A DNA stretch of 54,609 nucleotides from a virus: the IMG/VR virus record IMGVR_UViG_3300031987_000009, positions 1 to 54,609 of that record. One strand, 5' to 3'. The notes below the pieces were generated by a model, which searched no databases, was not told where the DNA came from, and saw only the letters and a program-made list of their open reading frames with translations. Shown one piece after another: positions 30,885 through 40,205 of the stretch. The position numbers and the translations under genes were made by a program. Position 1 is the first letter of the stretch, and each line of letters starts with the position of its first letter.

Positions 30885-31307
30885 TTACAACCCAATGATA
30901 CTTTTATCAACTTCTTCATCAGTCAATATCTGTATCTCAATTCTCTTTGTTTCTATATCAAATTCCTCAAGTTTTGGATGTAGATAACCCGCTCTACATG
31001 TGCCTGACTCAGATGGTGATGTTATATACAATTGTGCTTCTCTTTTCACCTTCGTTATCTTATTTCCAATTTCAGATTCCTTACGCTCAAGTTCACGTTC
31101 CTTCTTACGTAGTTTATTTAGTTGTTCACGTACATCAGATAGTTCTTTAGTCACACCATCACGTTCATCATACACATCTTTATTGTTTTCTTTTAGTTCA
31201 CTGAGTAGTTCTCTTACTAAATCACATCGTTGCTGTGCTCTGGTGTCTTTCATCAATTCAATCATTTTCTCTCTTGCGTACTTAGGTGTCTTTCCCATAT
31301 TAATCAC
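30885..31307 (-). CDS. Coiled-coil hypothetical protein
   Basis: Heptad-rich charged ORF. Confidence 0.6.
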   Translation of the reverse strand: MINMGKTPKYAREKMIELMKDTRAQQRCDLVRELLSELKENNKDVYDERDGVTKELSDVREQLNKLRKKERELERKESEIGNKITKVKREAQLYITSPSESGTCRAGYLHPKLEEFDIETKRIEIQILTDEEVDKSIIGL

Positions 31308-31489
31308 TCCGTATCTTTATCTTCTACTATTCTAAACAAATGTGCTTCTATACCAGCATTCAATAGGTCTTGCTGGAACAGGTAAGCATTATTAACATCT
31401 TCAAATGAATACGTTTCATTTGTGCTTGGTACTTCAACCCACACAGTAGTTGTGTGTGTCATCGTATCACTCTTTGTCTGTATCATCAA
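31304..31489 (-). CDS. Hypothetical protein
   Basis: Tiled ORF. Confidence 0.5.
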   Translation of the reverse strand: MMIQTKSDTMTHTTTVWVEVPSTNETYSFEDVNNAYLFQQDLLNAGIEAHLFRIVEDKDTE

Positions 31490-31691
31490 TTTCTGTTTCT
31501 TCAGTTACAATTTCATACAAATCATTGAACAATTGTTTATCTGTCTCTTTATCAATTGTGTAACCACGCATACTGATATACTCTGATTTACTTTTATTGT
31601 AATCACAATCAAGTATACGTAGCAATTGCAACGATTCTTCCAATGACATCTTAACGGTTACATCACCATTCTTCTGTATTTTACCTTTCAT
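31467..31691 (-). CDS. Hypothetical protein
   Basis: Tiled ORF. Confidence 0.55.
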   Translation of the reverse strand: MKGKIQKNGDVTVKMSLEESLQLLRILDCDYNKSKSEYISMRGYTIDKETDKQLFNDLYEIVTEETEIDDTDKE

Positions 31692-31905
31692 TATCTAACC
31701 TCTCATCTAAACTTATCTTACTCAAATTACATTCTATTGTGTTATCTTCATTAAACGTTACTGATATTAACTTTATTGGTTCATCGTATTGTTCACTTAG
31801 TTTATAACCAACCAGTGACCTAATAAACTCAGCAAAGTCAACATTATCATCATCAAATGAATCAAGTACTTCTTCAATATCCTTACTATTTATATCAAGT
31901 TTCAT
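31681..31905 (-). CDS. Hypothetical protein
   Basis: Tiled ORF, ATGA overlap. Confidence 0.55.
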   Translation of the reverse strand: MKLDINSKDIEEVLDSFDDDNVDFAEFIRSLVGYKLSEQYDEPIKLISVTFNEDNTIECNLSKISLDERLDNER

Positions 31906-32426
31906 TCTACTTCACCCTCATACATATTGTCTATATCCAATTCATACTTACTGTACTTATTCAAATTATTCACACTTATTGCAAGTGTCGACAAATGTGA
32001 TATTTCACCTGACGGTATCATCCAAACGTGTTCCAAGTTTAAATCGTTTCTGTTATCGAACCCCAAACATATAAAACTATCAACTTCATCATTTCGATTA
32101 ATGAAAAACATCCAACTATCGGAGTGACCTTTTCTATGTCTCAGACAAGAAGACTTAACGTTGATAAGTTTATCATCTGGAAAAACGAAATCATATTTTG
32201 GGTTCGTTGGGTTACAATGTTCAGTATAATCAAATGTATCCGACACGTACTGTTCTGCTATAACCACCCCCAAGTATGATGCACATGACCTATTTGTGTA
32301 CATGGTATTGGTTTTGTTTCTCTTTGAATGACATTTTTTACATGTATAATTACAATGTCTTGAGAATGATTCATACCAATTTAATCCCACTATTAACATA
32401 TCACCACACAAATTACAACATTTCAT
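31902..32426 (-). CDS. Zn-finger + PD-(D/E)XK nuclease, paralog of 25487..26098
   Basis: CNLC...CKKC, YLGVVIAE, KYDF...LINVKSS, FDNRNDLN...WMIP. Confidence 0.7.
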   Translation of the reverse strand: MKCCNLCGDMLIVGLNWYESFSRHCNYTCKKCHSKRNKTNTMYTNRSCASYLGVVIAEQYVSDTFDYTEHCNPTNPKYDFVFPDDKLINVKSSCLRHRKGHSDSWMFFINRNDEVDSFICLGFDNRNDLNLEHVWMIPSGEISHLSTLAISVNNLNKYSKYELDIDNMYEGEVE

Positions 32427-32998
32427 TCTATCTCACCTTCGTATGTGTCATCAATATATTTAGAAGCAAACATGTCTGCTAAATGTGTTATAATAACATA
32501 TTCGCTACTTTTGTCAAGTACATTCTGATATAGTCTATATGAAGGGTCATAATTCAATGAATGCCAACGTATTGCTAACATTTCATCTTCTGTTAAGTCA
32601 ATGTATTTGTTAGCAAGTATCACAGATTTCTCACTGTGACCCATTGGCAACTTATCGAACTTGTTGAACGGTGTCTTACCTACATTACCATTCTTTAAAT
32701 AATTAATACTGTATGTATTAATCTTACATATGTCATGTAACAATCCAATTACTCTGAGTGAATCGTTATCAAGTTCAAGTTTGTAATCATTATTCCACTT
32801 CACCAATATGTCTGCTACATTCAATGAATGTTGTGCTAACCCACCTTTACAATTCAAATGGTGTCTTGTACTTGCAGGTGATACAAAATAATCAGAGTTA
32901 TCAAGAAACTCAATGATAGCATCTGTATCTCTATTAACATTCTGTAACATCTCAATTATGTTATCTCTATTCAAATCAATATCGATTCTTGTCTTCAT
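32423..32998 (-). CDS. HD-domain phosphohydrolase
   Basis: SPASTRHH...GGLAQHSL, LLHDICK, HSEKS, RWH, HLAD. Confidence 0.9.
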   Translation of the reverse strand: MKTRIDIDLNRDNIIEMLQNVNRDTDAIIEFLDNSDYFVSPASTRHHLNCKGGLAQHSLNVADILVKWNNDYKLELDNDSLRVIGLLHDICKINTYSINYLKNGNVGKTPFNKFDKLPMGHSEKSVILANKYIDLTEDEMLAIRWHSLNYDPSYRLYQNVLDKSSEYVIITHLADMFASKYIDDTYEGEIE

Positions 32999-34001
32999 TC
33001 AATACACATCCTTTACAAATATCTTCTACTATATTTTTAGACTCTGCTAAAATTCTACTACAACTATACCTATTGTAATGAATCAATGATTTAACATTGC
33101 GTCTGGTTGCTTCAATATCAAAATCCATTTGATTCATAAACACACTTAATATATCTGATTCAGTCATACCACAACAATCACGTAGTTCAGGTACTAATGC
33201 ACATCTTAAGTTATGTCCACCTGTACCGACTGCACTAATATCACCAGTCTAAACTTTCTTTAAACATGGTCTCATTGTAAGCGGTAGCACACCATTAGAA
33301 CAACCTATGTTCAGACAGTTCGAAGAGTGCTTTGTGACACTCTTACACTTACGTTTGTACACACTCGGTATGTATCTGTCTAACTTAAGTTTATGTATAC
33401 AATCACCTGAACTTGTTACGATATGTGACCAGTTATCGTTCTTCTTATTCTTACCAAATGGTAACTTAACTAAATTACCGTATGGTTTAACATCACTTAA
33501 CTTCTTCTGTTTAGGATATACTTCACACTCTATATCACCTATTATTTCCCTACCGAAACTGTATGCATCTGATACGTTAACGTTATCCATGAATATCCAG
33601 ATATGTTTAGACACGCTTGAACCAGATGATTCACATATATAATCTATACCTAACGCTTCAAGTTTTGTAATGATTGTTAACGTATCTAACTCTACATCTG
33701 TCTCATTTTGTTCATCGTTATGATGGTCTATATCAAGACATATCCACTTAACCTTACCGTCTAAACTTATTTGGTATGAACCTATCGTGATTTCACCTGA
33801 TAAGTGTTGAAGTAGTGTGTAAGTATCCAACGGTCTGTCTGACCTACGATACGAACCGTTGTCCTGTTGTATAGCATAGTCATCATAACGATTAACAAAA
33901 TGTTTGTATAACATGTTTAGTTTGTTATCTGATAACTTAATACAATCATCAGATAACTCAAACATCAATGCCATACTATCACTTGAACTCCACCTCATCA
34001 A
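32976..34001 (-). CDS. Archaeo-eukaryotic primase: catalytic domain fused to PriL-like Fe-S domain through in-frame TAG at 33249-33251
   Basis: AEP motifs WICLDID, ESSG...HIWIF, EVYPKQ, GNLVKLPFG; then RPCLKKV[TAG]TGD...GHNLRCAL...F..QMDFD...T...YSC...ICKGC. Probable start 33974. Confidence 0.85.
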
Positions 34002-34425
34002 AATAACTTATGTTATATTCATCGTATTCTTTAGCCTTAAGTGATTTACTACCGCTATTCCAAAGTGTCCATAAGTCCAATGCATCGAATGTATAAATCT
34101 GGTTTGGTCTACCTCTACCCATTCTACAAAAGACTATTATCATTGGATTTCTACCTGTTAACATAGCATAATCAATTAATCTCTGTAACTGGTGTACACC
34201 ATCTTTGTTGGTAGTGAAATCGTTGTTGAAATTCAAAGCACGTTTACCACGTTTACTTTTTATTTCTAATGCAAGATACCATCGGTTATCACTACTGTCA
34301 ACATTAATGTCACACCATTGGTCAGTAAACCTACCCTGTTTATGTCGATATGATAATGCATTGATACAATTACTATCAAAATAATTATTCAACGCATCAA
34401 CTACATCAGACTCACCGTATCCCAT
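33979..34425 (-). CDS. Holliday-junction-resolvase-like PD-(D/E)XK nuclease
   Basis: GESDV...CDINVD...ALEIKS; similar to 29991..30575. Confidence 0.7.
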   Translation of the reverse strand: MGYGESDVVDALNNYFDSNCINALSYRHKQGRFTDQWCDINVDSSDNRWYLALEIKSKRGKRALNFNNDFTTNKDGVHQLQRLIDYAMLTGRNPMIIVFCRMGRGRPNQIYTFDALDLWTLWNSGSKSLKAKEYDEYNISYFDEVEFK

Positions 34426-34434
34426 GTTAACACT

Positions 34435-34779
34435 TCACTGATACATACTACTATCACATGATTTAGTATCGTTTATACTAAACTCAACTACTTCCATACA
34501 ATCTTCATCATCGGGTACTTTAGCATGATTTTTTGTATACATGTCATTACAATAATCTGCATATTCAGATATGCTTATCTTATATTCAATGTACTTTATA
34601 TTATCCCACGGTACATCAATCATTCTACCATCTGGTAATATCATACATTTCATTAAGTAACTACAATCTTCGTTACCTGCTGTGTAATTATAATCATAGT
34701 TAATCCTAAATTTACTGTCATCTTGTTTGAGCGTTACTTCTGCATTCACTGCATTATTCTGTAAAATCAAATCTACCAT
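34435..34779 (-). CDS. Hypothetical protein
   Basis: 114 aa; GAGG RBS. Confidence 0.6.
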   Translation of the reverse strand: MVDLILQNNAVNAEVTLKQDDSKFRINYDYNYTAGNEDCSYLMKCMILPDGRMIDVPWDNIKYIEYKISISEYADYCNDMYTKNHAKVPDDEDCMEVVEFSINDTKSCDSSMYQ

Positions 34780-34788
34780 TTTGTTACC

Positions 34789-36282
34789 TCATTTTGCAAA
34801 TAATTTATATACTTTGTTCTGGTCATCATAATAAATTATACCATCATCTACCATCGCTGGTATAATATCAAATGATATACCGTAATAATCTATACCATCA
34901 AGTTTATCCTGATTATCTGGATTGTTTAAAATACCGTAAGCAATCTCACTGGTATTTAAACCACCGTTATCAGAATTACTTATACAATCAATCACAAGTT
35001 CACGTATAGTTGCTTCTTTAATATTGACCTGTTTATGCTCAGACACATCATCTGTACACTCACGTATCTCATATTCTACTTCAGCATCCTTACCAAACTC
35101 AATGATGTTACTATATTCTTTACCAGTAATTACGTTTCTAACTGGACTACTGTCATGTTTGTAAATCTCATCCCAATCTACACGTACCTTTAGTATCTGT
35201 TTCTTATCGTTACCACTGTATAGATTACCTGATTCACCACCTTTACATTTAATGTAGTTTTCGTTGTACAGTTTGTCTAACCTACGACTGAGTTCAGTTT
35301 TTGTAAGTTCTGCTAAACCCATATTCTGTAAGAATCTAATTAAACTTTCAGCGTTCTGGTTAGGTTCTTTACTTAACTTTTTAAATATAGTCAAGTCAAT
35401 AATATCTATCGACATCATTGTAGCACGTAACAAATCAAACATAATCAATACGTTTGTTACATCCTGTGCATTTGCTACAAGTTTACCATCGACTGATTTA
35501 CGATTAATCCAGTTAGCACGACATGAACTCTTAATCAACGATGATATTAAACTACTATGTCGTTTACTGACAGATTTACTATGGTTAACAATATCAACCA
35601 ATGCTGTTGCAAATGGTATTGTTACTTCCATTTCAGATTGCATTAGTGAATGTATGTTATCCATAATACGTGCTTCAAGTTCTTCATCTGGTACTAACTT
35701 ATATTTAACACCCAAATACTCTACTTCATCTGCACCAAATTTGATTGCTGCTACACAACGATTGATTGTATAGTTATCCATTATTGGTATAACAAATACA
35801 CGACTTTCAAGTTCATGGTCAATCTCAACCTGTGCATACGTAGCACTATAAGGTCTTTTCTTATGTTCAATCCTCATAGTGTTACCTTTTGAAGCATTAG
35901 TTACTTCATATACAAAATCATCATCATCACCAGACAGTGATTTTAGAAACTCAATAACTGCTGGTGGTAGTTTCTGATATTCTGCAAACTGTATAAACTT
36001 GATTTTGTCATCGTTACGTAAGTCTTCTGAGTATATTGGTGCTTTATCTGAACTACTTGTGATATTAAATATACATTCATTGGGTAGCAAATATAAACCG
36101 GTACGTTGCAAATGTGTTTTACCACCGCTACTTTCACCTACTAAAAATGTAGATACATATTCTTTGGGTGAAGGTGCAAAACACGTTAGCATTGATAATA
36201 CAAATGCAAGGAATTGTTGCTCATTTCCTATGATATTATGCCTACCATACTCAATGATGTCTTCACAAAAATCACGTGTCAT
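34789..36282 (-). CDS. P-loop ATPase / putative replicative helicase with winged-helix C-terminus
   Basis: Walker A VGESSGGKT, FAEY Walker B region, ELESR arginine finger. Confidence 0.75.
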   Translation of the reverse strand: MTRDFCEDIIEYGRHNIIGNEQQFLAFVLSMLTCFAPSPKEYVSTFLVGESSGGKTHLQRTGLYLLPNECIFNITSSSDKAPIYSEDLRNDDKIKFIQFAEYQKLPPAVIEFLKSLSGDDDDFVYEVTNASKGNTMRIEHKKRPYSATYAQVEIDHELESRVFVIPIMDNYTINRCVAAIKFGADEVEYLGVKYKLVPDEELEARIMDNIHSLMQSEMEVTIPFATALVDIVNHSKSVSKRHSSLISSLIKSSCRANWINRKSVDGKLVANAQDVTNVLIMFDLLRATMMSIDIIDLTIFKKLSKEPNQNAESLIRFLQNMGLAELTKTELSRRLDKLYNENYIKCKGGESGNLYSGNDKKQILKVRVDWDEIYKHDSSPVRNVITGKEYSNIIEFGKDAEVEYEIRECTDDVSEHKQVNIKEATIRELVIDCISNSDNGGLNTSEIAYGILNNPDNQDKLDGIDYYGISFDIIPAMVDDGIIYYDDQNKVYKLFAK

Positions 36283-36308
36283 GTTTCACCTCATTCCATT
36301 AAAAAATA

Positions 36309-36330
36309 AGGGAACGTTTATTTGTTCCCT
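36309..36330 (-). terminator. Hairpin plus U-tract terminator
   Basis: AGGGAAC / GTTCCCT stem followed on the minus strand by TATTTTTT, overlapping the stop of 36318..36974. Confidence 0.55.
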
Positions 36331-36974
36331 GCTTGTTTATCTCTTGCCTGATAATATTCTTCAACTGTACTCATTGCATCGTTGGTTGTATATCCAAGAT
36401 TATCAACGAGTATCTTTGCAGCCATGAATTTATCAGTACCATCATTGTATGCATTCTGCAAGTAATAACCTGCTGTACCCTGCTGGTTAGAGTAGTTTAC
36501 AGTTGCATCAATAGATGAGTTCTCATTAGCCTGTGTCGTTGGTTCTGCATCTTCTGGCATAGGTTGTTCTGGTTGTTCTTCATATCCCCATGCAAGTACA
36601 TGATAACGTTTACCTGCTGGCTGACCTTTACCCACCCATATTGGTACACCTTCAAACTGATGTTTCAACATAAAGTAACCTGTCTCATCATCCTGATAAG
36701 TGAATGTGTCAAGGAACTGTTTGTTGAATACAGTATTTTTACCTTCTTCATCTGGTAGAGATACTCTCATAATTTTCTGTTGCTGTTCATCAATGTCAGT
36801 GAAGAACACGTTGAGATAACTACCATACATTTCGCTTACACCTGTTCTAAATGTATCAATAGTTATGTTACGTAGACGTTGGTTTACACCAAGTTTCACA
36901 ATTGGAAGTTTCTCATCTTCGGAAAGTGGTTTGCTTGTCTGTACATTGCTCATATCAAATTCTTCTACACTCAT
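36318..36974 (-). CDS. Putative ssDNA-binding / recombination protein
   Basis: OB-like beta-rich N-domain, acidic flexible linker; upstream of helicase and primase. Confidence 0.4.
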   Translation of the reverse strand: MSVEEFDMSNVQTSKPLSEDEKLPIVKLGVNQRLRNITIDTFRTGVSEMYGSYLNVFFTDIDEQQQKIMRVSLPDEEGKNTVFNKQFLDTFTYQDDETGYFMLKHQFEGVPIWVGKGQPAGKRYHVLAWGYEEQPEQPMPEDAEPTTQANENSSIDATVNYSNQQGTAGYYLQNAYNDGTDKFMAAKILVDNLGYTTNDAMSTVEEYYQARDKQAGNK

Positions 36975-37226
36975 TTATTTCATCTCCTTTACTGGTTTCT
37001 CTGGTGTAATGTATAATTCATTACTGCTACTTTTCTGGTATACAATATCAAGTTCTGTATACTCATTAATCTGTTCAATAATATAATTCATGTCATCGAC
37101 ACATCCACGTATAATCATACCGAATGTACCGTTTACATCCATGAATTTATTATCTTTAAACATCGAATTTCTCTGTTCACTCATCGTTTTCACCGTCTCC
37201 ATGTACGCTTTCAAATGCTGCATCAA
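36975..37226 (-). CDS. Hypothetical protein
   Basis: Tiled ORF. Confidence 0.5.
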   Translation of the reverse strand: MMQHLKAYMETVKTMSEQRNSMFKDNKFMDVNGTFGMIIRGCVDDMNYIIEQINEYTELDIVYQKSSSNELYITPEKPVKEMK

Positions 37227-37419
37227 TGTTCCATCCAGTTACTTCATTACATACTCGAATAAGTGCTTCTTTTGCGTCTTCTTTTGTATGTGATGAGTAA
37301 ACTATGGTTGCAGCAACCATGTTTAAGCAACTCATAATGATGTCATTGACATCCTGTCCATCCATCATTTTGTTTAACTGTTCAGTCAATTCATCTACTG
37401 CGGTTTCTTCTTCTGTCAT
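37177..37419 (-). CDS. Hypothetical protein
   Basis: 80 aa helical ORF. Confidence 0.55.
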   Translation of the reverse strand: MTEEETAVDELTEQLNKMMDGQDVNDIIMSCLNMVAATIVYSSHTKEDAKEALIRVCNEVTGWNIDAAFESVHGDGENDE

Positions 37420-37462
37420 TTTATTTACACTTCCTTATAATTAAGCATGTTTACACATGCAA

Positions 37463-37545
37463 TATGGGTGATGGGAGTCGAACCCATGAACTGCTACCAG
37501 ATATGGTCTTAAGCCATACGCATTTGACCACTTTGCTACACCCAT
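37463..37545 (-). tRNA. trnL: tRNA-Leu (anticodon UAA), no encoded CCA
   Basis: Acceptor ATGGGTG/CACCCAT, D-loop AAGTGGTCAAA, anticodon arm TATGG-CT TAA GA-CCATA, long variable arm, T arm ATGGG-TTCGACT-CCCAT. Confidence 0.93.
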
Positions 37546-37580
37546 GCTCTGTTGACGTAACTCCAAGAATGCTTCAAAAC

Positions 37581-37642
37581 TATTTAAACCTATCGCTTAA
37601 CTTCGTCTGAAATTTGTGCACGTTAAGCGATAGGTATTTATA
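37581..37642. promoter_or_regulatory. Back-to-back BRE-TATA promoters within a 14-bp inverted repeat
   Basis: ACCTATCGCTTAAC (37588-37601) / GTTAAGCGATAGGT (37622-37635), each arm followed outward by a TATA-like box; the left one sits correctly upstream of the tRNA. Confidence 0.6.
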
Positions 37643-37702
37643 GTATGATAACGTAGAGTAGTACTGTCAATGTTTGGCACTGAACACCCTAAAACAACGT
37701 TT

Positions 37703-37883
37703 GTCCAGACAGACTTAAGCATGTTTTAATATCTCGATGGTTTTGTCATAGATATATCTATCTACATCGTCATCTAATTCAAGTGCTCTTTGTATATCGC
37801 TTATACATTCATTGATTATCATTCGGTTATCTTTGTTATTCATTGTATTATCTCCATACTATCTTAGTCCAGACAGACTTAAG
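37703..37883. repeat. 17-bp direct repeats GTCCAGACAGACTTAAG flanking a small ORF
   Basis: Exact copies at 37703-37719 and 37867-37883; inverted core at 37946-37955. Confidence 0.8.
37715..37843 (-). CDS. 42-aa hypothetical protein
   Basis: GGAG RBS; MNNKDNRMIINECISDIQRALELDDDVDRYIYDKTIEILKHA. Confidence 0.55.
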   Translation of the reverse strand: MNNKDNRMIINECISDIQRALELDDDVDRYIYDKTIEILKHA

Positions 37884-38030
37884 AAGACTTAAACAAATCA
37901 AAGATACATTAAGACTATCAATAATAGCCTTAGTCTGTCTTAGTTCTGTCTGGACTTAATCAGATTTAAACTATCTTAAACTAATATTGACTATCCTAAC
38001 CTAACCCCTATAATCCCCTTCCCTTTCCTT

Positions 38031-38633
38031 TCACTTGTCGAGCCATTCATTGAGTGTTCCGTGATACTCTATTTTATCAACATATTTGCCCCATAACCAA
38101 GTTTGCAGATGCCTATATGTTATCTTCTTGCCATGACACATAATGTCATATGATATGTATTCACCATTATCAACATTAGTTATTACTAATCTACTTAGAT
38201 TATCACATGTGATAATGAATGTTTGGTCACCGTATGTCACAATCGATGTAGGTTCAATATATTTATCATGGTTTATACACATACATTGCACTTTATAATA
38301 TTGTTCAATATATAAATGATTGCAACTATGTTGAATTGTTACACATTCTTTATCTATACATAAACGCTTGAGTATATTCAGCAATTGTTTTTTTGTTAAA
38401 CCATATCTTAAAGAAATACTTGGATACATCAATGTCTTACATCTCATACACTCACCATTAGATGTATTATAAAGAATTACAGCCATTCCATCAATAGTCT
38501 CAGATTTGTATATCTCCATATTATAATAATATGGGTTATCATGTACTCTCATAGGCGTTCCAAATGGCATTTCTATTTCATCACTGTTGTCTGTAAACAC
38601 ATCTACTAATTTCATACTAATTACCTCTGTCAA
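38031..38633 (-). CDS. Hypothetical protein
   Basis: 200 aa; probable start at MKLVD. Confidence 0.6.
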   Translation of the reverse strand: MTEVISMKLVDVFTDNSDEIEMPFGTPMRVHDNPYYYNMEIYKSETIDGMAVILYNTSNGECMRCKTLMYPSISLRYGLTKKQLLNILKRLCIDKECVTIQHSCNHLYIEQYYKVQCMCINHDKYIEPTSIVTYGDQTFIITCDNLSRLVITNVDNGEYISYDIMCHGKKITYRHLQTWLWGKYVDKIEYHGTLNEWLDK

Positions 38634-38641
38634 GTCTTTGG

Positions 38642-38947
38642 TTAATGCAACTGTTCATAACATTCTTTACAATAGTTTATATCCATATATCTATCACCAA
38701 TGCATTTAAGCATTGGAACTGAACGTTCACCTTTACTAAATTTATAACCACAGTCATAGCAATATCTCTGTTTTCTTTCCGTTGGTTTTTTAACATGTAT
38801 TTCAAACGGCTCTATTATATTTTTATCTGTATCAATATACCCATTATTGACCAGTATATCTAAAATATTAGCCTGATTGATTAAATCAATGTCATCATCT
38901 TTATTTATTGTCATTAATTTCATATTAATTACCTCTAATAACGTCAT
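38642..38947 (-). CDS. Zn-finger protein
   Basis: CYDC...CKEC; probable start at MKL. Confidence 0.6.
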   Translation of the reverse strand: MTLLEVINMKLMTINKDDDIDLINQANILDILVNNGYIDTDKNIIEPFEIHVKKPTERKQRYCYDCGYKFSKGERSVPMLKCIGDRYMDINYCKECYEQLH

Positions 38948-38950
38948 ATA

Positions 38951-39030
38951 GCCTCACTGTGAAGACTTTAGTATGCTACACGACTGATAGTACCTATAAC
39001 ACACAAAGTCTTCACACAATCGATTCTGAG
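38951..39030. repeat. Palindromic intergenic element, copy C
   Basis: 12-bp IR TGTGAAGACTTT (38958-38969) / AAAGTCTTCACA (39005-39016) with internal ATAGTACCTAT identical to copy A. Confidence 0.7.
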
Positions 39031-39036
39031 CAATCC

Positions 39037-39192
39037 TCAGGCACTTGTGTAATATCCTCTATTGTATTTCAGATTATCTAACTCTTGCTTCATTTGTTTT
39101 ATAGCATCGTTACATCCAAATCCATCATCATCACATCCATAGTCTTTGAGTATGTTAATAGTCTGACTATCTAAATATACATCTTTACCCAT
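39037..39192 (-). CDS. Small hypothetical protein
   Basis: 51 aa, GAGGTGAT RBS, directly downstream of the E1 gene. Confidence 0.5.
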   Translation of the reverse strand: MGKDVYLDSQTINILKDYGCDDDGFGCNDAIKQMKQELDNLKYNRGYYTSA

Positions 39193-39203
39193 TATTCATC
39201 ACC

Positions 39204-39881
39204 TCAATACACAAATACGTTTCCATCTGCTGTTATCTCATTATGTTCTCTGTTAACTTCATATACAATAGGATATTCATAATCCATTAACCATGCTCTC
39301 ATATGTCTAATCATATCTGATGTAATATCCAATGCAATGTATATAATTGCCTTTGCAGTACATCTTGGTTGTTCCTGTTCAGATTGTGGGAAGAAGTATT
39401 GTTGATACTTGTATACTTCATCAGAATTATGAATATCAACCGTAAACACTTGGTAGTATTGACCACCTAATCTACCATCGATAATACATTTCACATCACT
39501 ACTTTTAGCATTACGTAGACACATCTCTCTACTACTAATGGTATCTGTACCTAACATCAATACATCACAATCAAACTTTGTGTCCTTGCCTACACGTTTA
39601 TTAACTGCATTGATTTTGATACCAGTACGTTCTCTCACAATTTCTTGCATAGCACATACCTTAAACATACCAATATGTCTCAAATCAAAGTTCTGGTTAG
39701 GTAGGTTATGTGCTTCAACTTTATCATCATCATATACCGTGATATTCTTAATACCCATTTGTGCAAGGTATAGTACCAAAAATGAACCTATACCACCACA
39801 TCCTACTACTGCAACATTCGTATCACTATACTTATCTGGATTAAACCATTCCATTTGTCGTGTGTATTCTATGCTTGTCAT
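39204..39881 (-). CDS. ThiF/MoeB/E1-like ubiquitin-activating enzyme
   Basis: YTRQ, VVGCGGIGS, DDDKVEAHNLPNQ, K, GTD, IIDGRLGG, and RCTAK candidate catalytic Cys. Confidence 0.93.
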   Translation of the reverse strand: MTSIEYTRQMEWFNPDKYSDTNVAVVGCGGIGSFLVLYLAQMGIKNITVYDDDKVEAHNLPNQNFDLRHIGMFKVCAMQEIVRERTGIKINAVNKRVGKDTKFDCDVLMLGTDTISSREMCLRNAKSSDVKCIIDGRLGGQYYQVFTVDIHNSDEVYKYQQYFFPQSEQEQPRCTAKAIIYIALDITSDMIRHMRAWLMDYEYPIVYEVNREHNEITADGNVFVY

Positions 39882-39890
39882 GTTATCACT

Positions 39891-40205
39891 TCATTTTATT
39901 TCTTCAATTATATGAAACAGACCAACATGGTCTCCAAAGATAGTGTGTAATCCACCCTTATTTGTACCATAATAATTCAACCATGTTGGCAAACAATCAT
40001 TTATTCGTGCTTTAACAAACTTACCATCAGATGTCATCTCTGTTGGTTCTATTTCAACAAGTTTATTGAATTCACCTGTTCTGAATGGGTTACCACCTAT
40101 CTTACCTATACATCGTTTGCCTAAGTAGTTATTCTGAAACTCAGCCATATCATTATTTGAATACGACATATCTATATCAACACTGTTTATTTCAACTACC
40201 ATCAT
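39891..40205 (-). CDS. Hypothetical protein inside the ubiquitin-like cassette
   Basis: 104 aa beta-rich; co-oriented between JAB and E1. Confidence 0.65.
   Translation of the reverse strand: MMVVEINSVDIDMSYSNNDMAEFQNNYLGKRCIGKIGGNPFRTGEFNKLVEIEPTEMTSDGKFVKARINDCLPTWLNYYGTNKGGLHTIFGDHVGLFHIIEEIK

Noticed and set aside
39204-39881. ThiF as a thiamine/molybdopterin biosynthesis auxiliary gene
   Set aside because: No other cofactor genes nearby; its neighbours are E2 and JAB, and it lacks the CxxC zinc pairs of canonical ThiF/MoeB.
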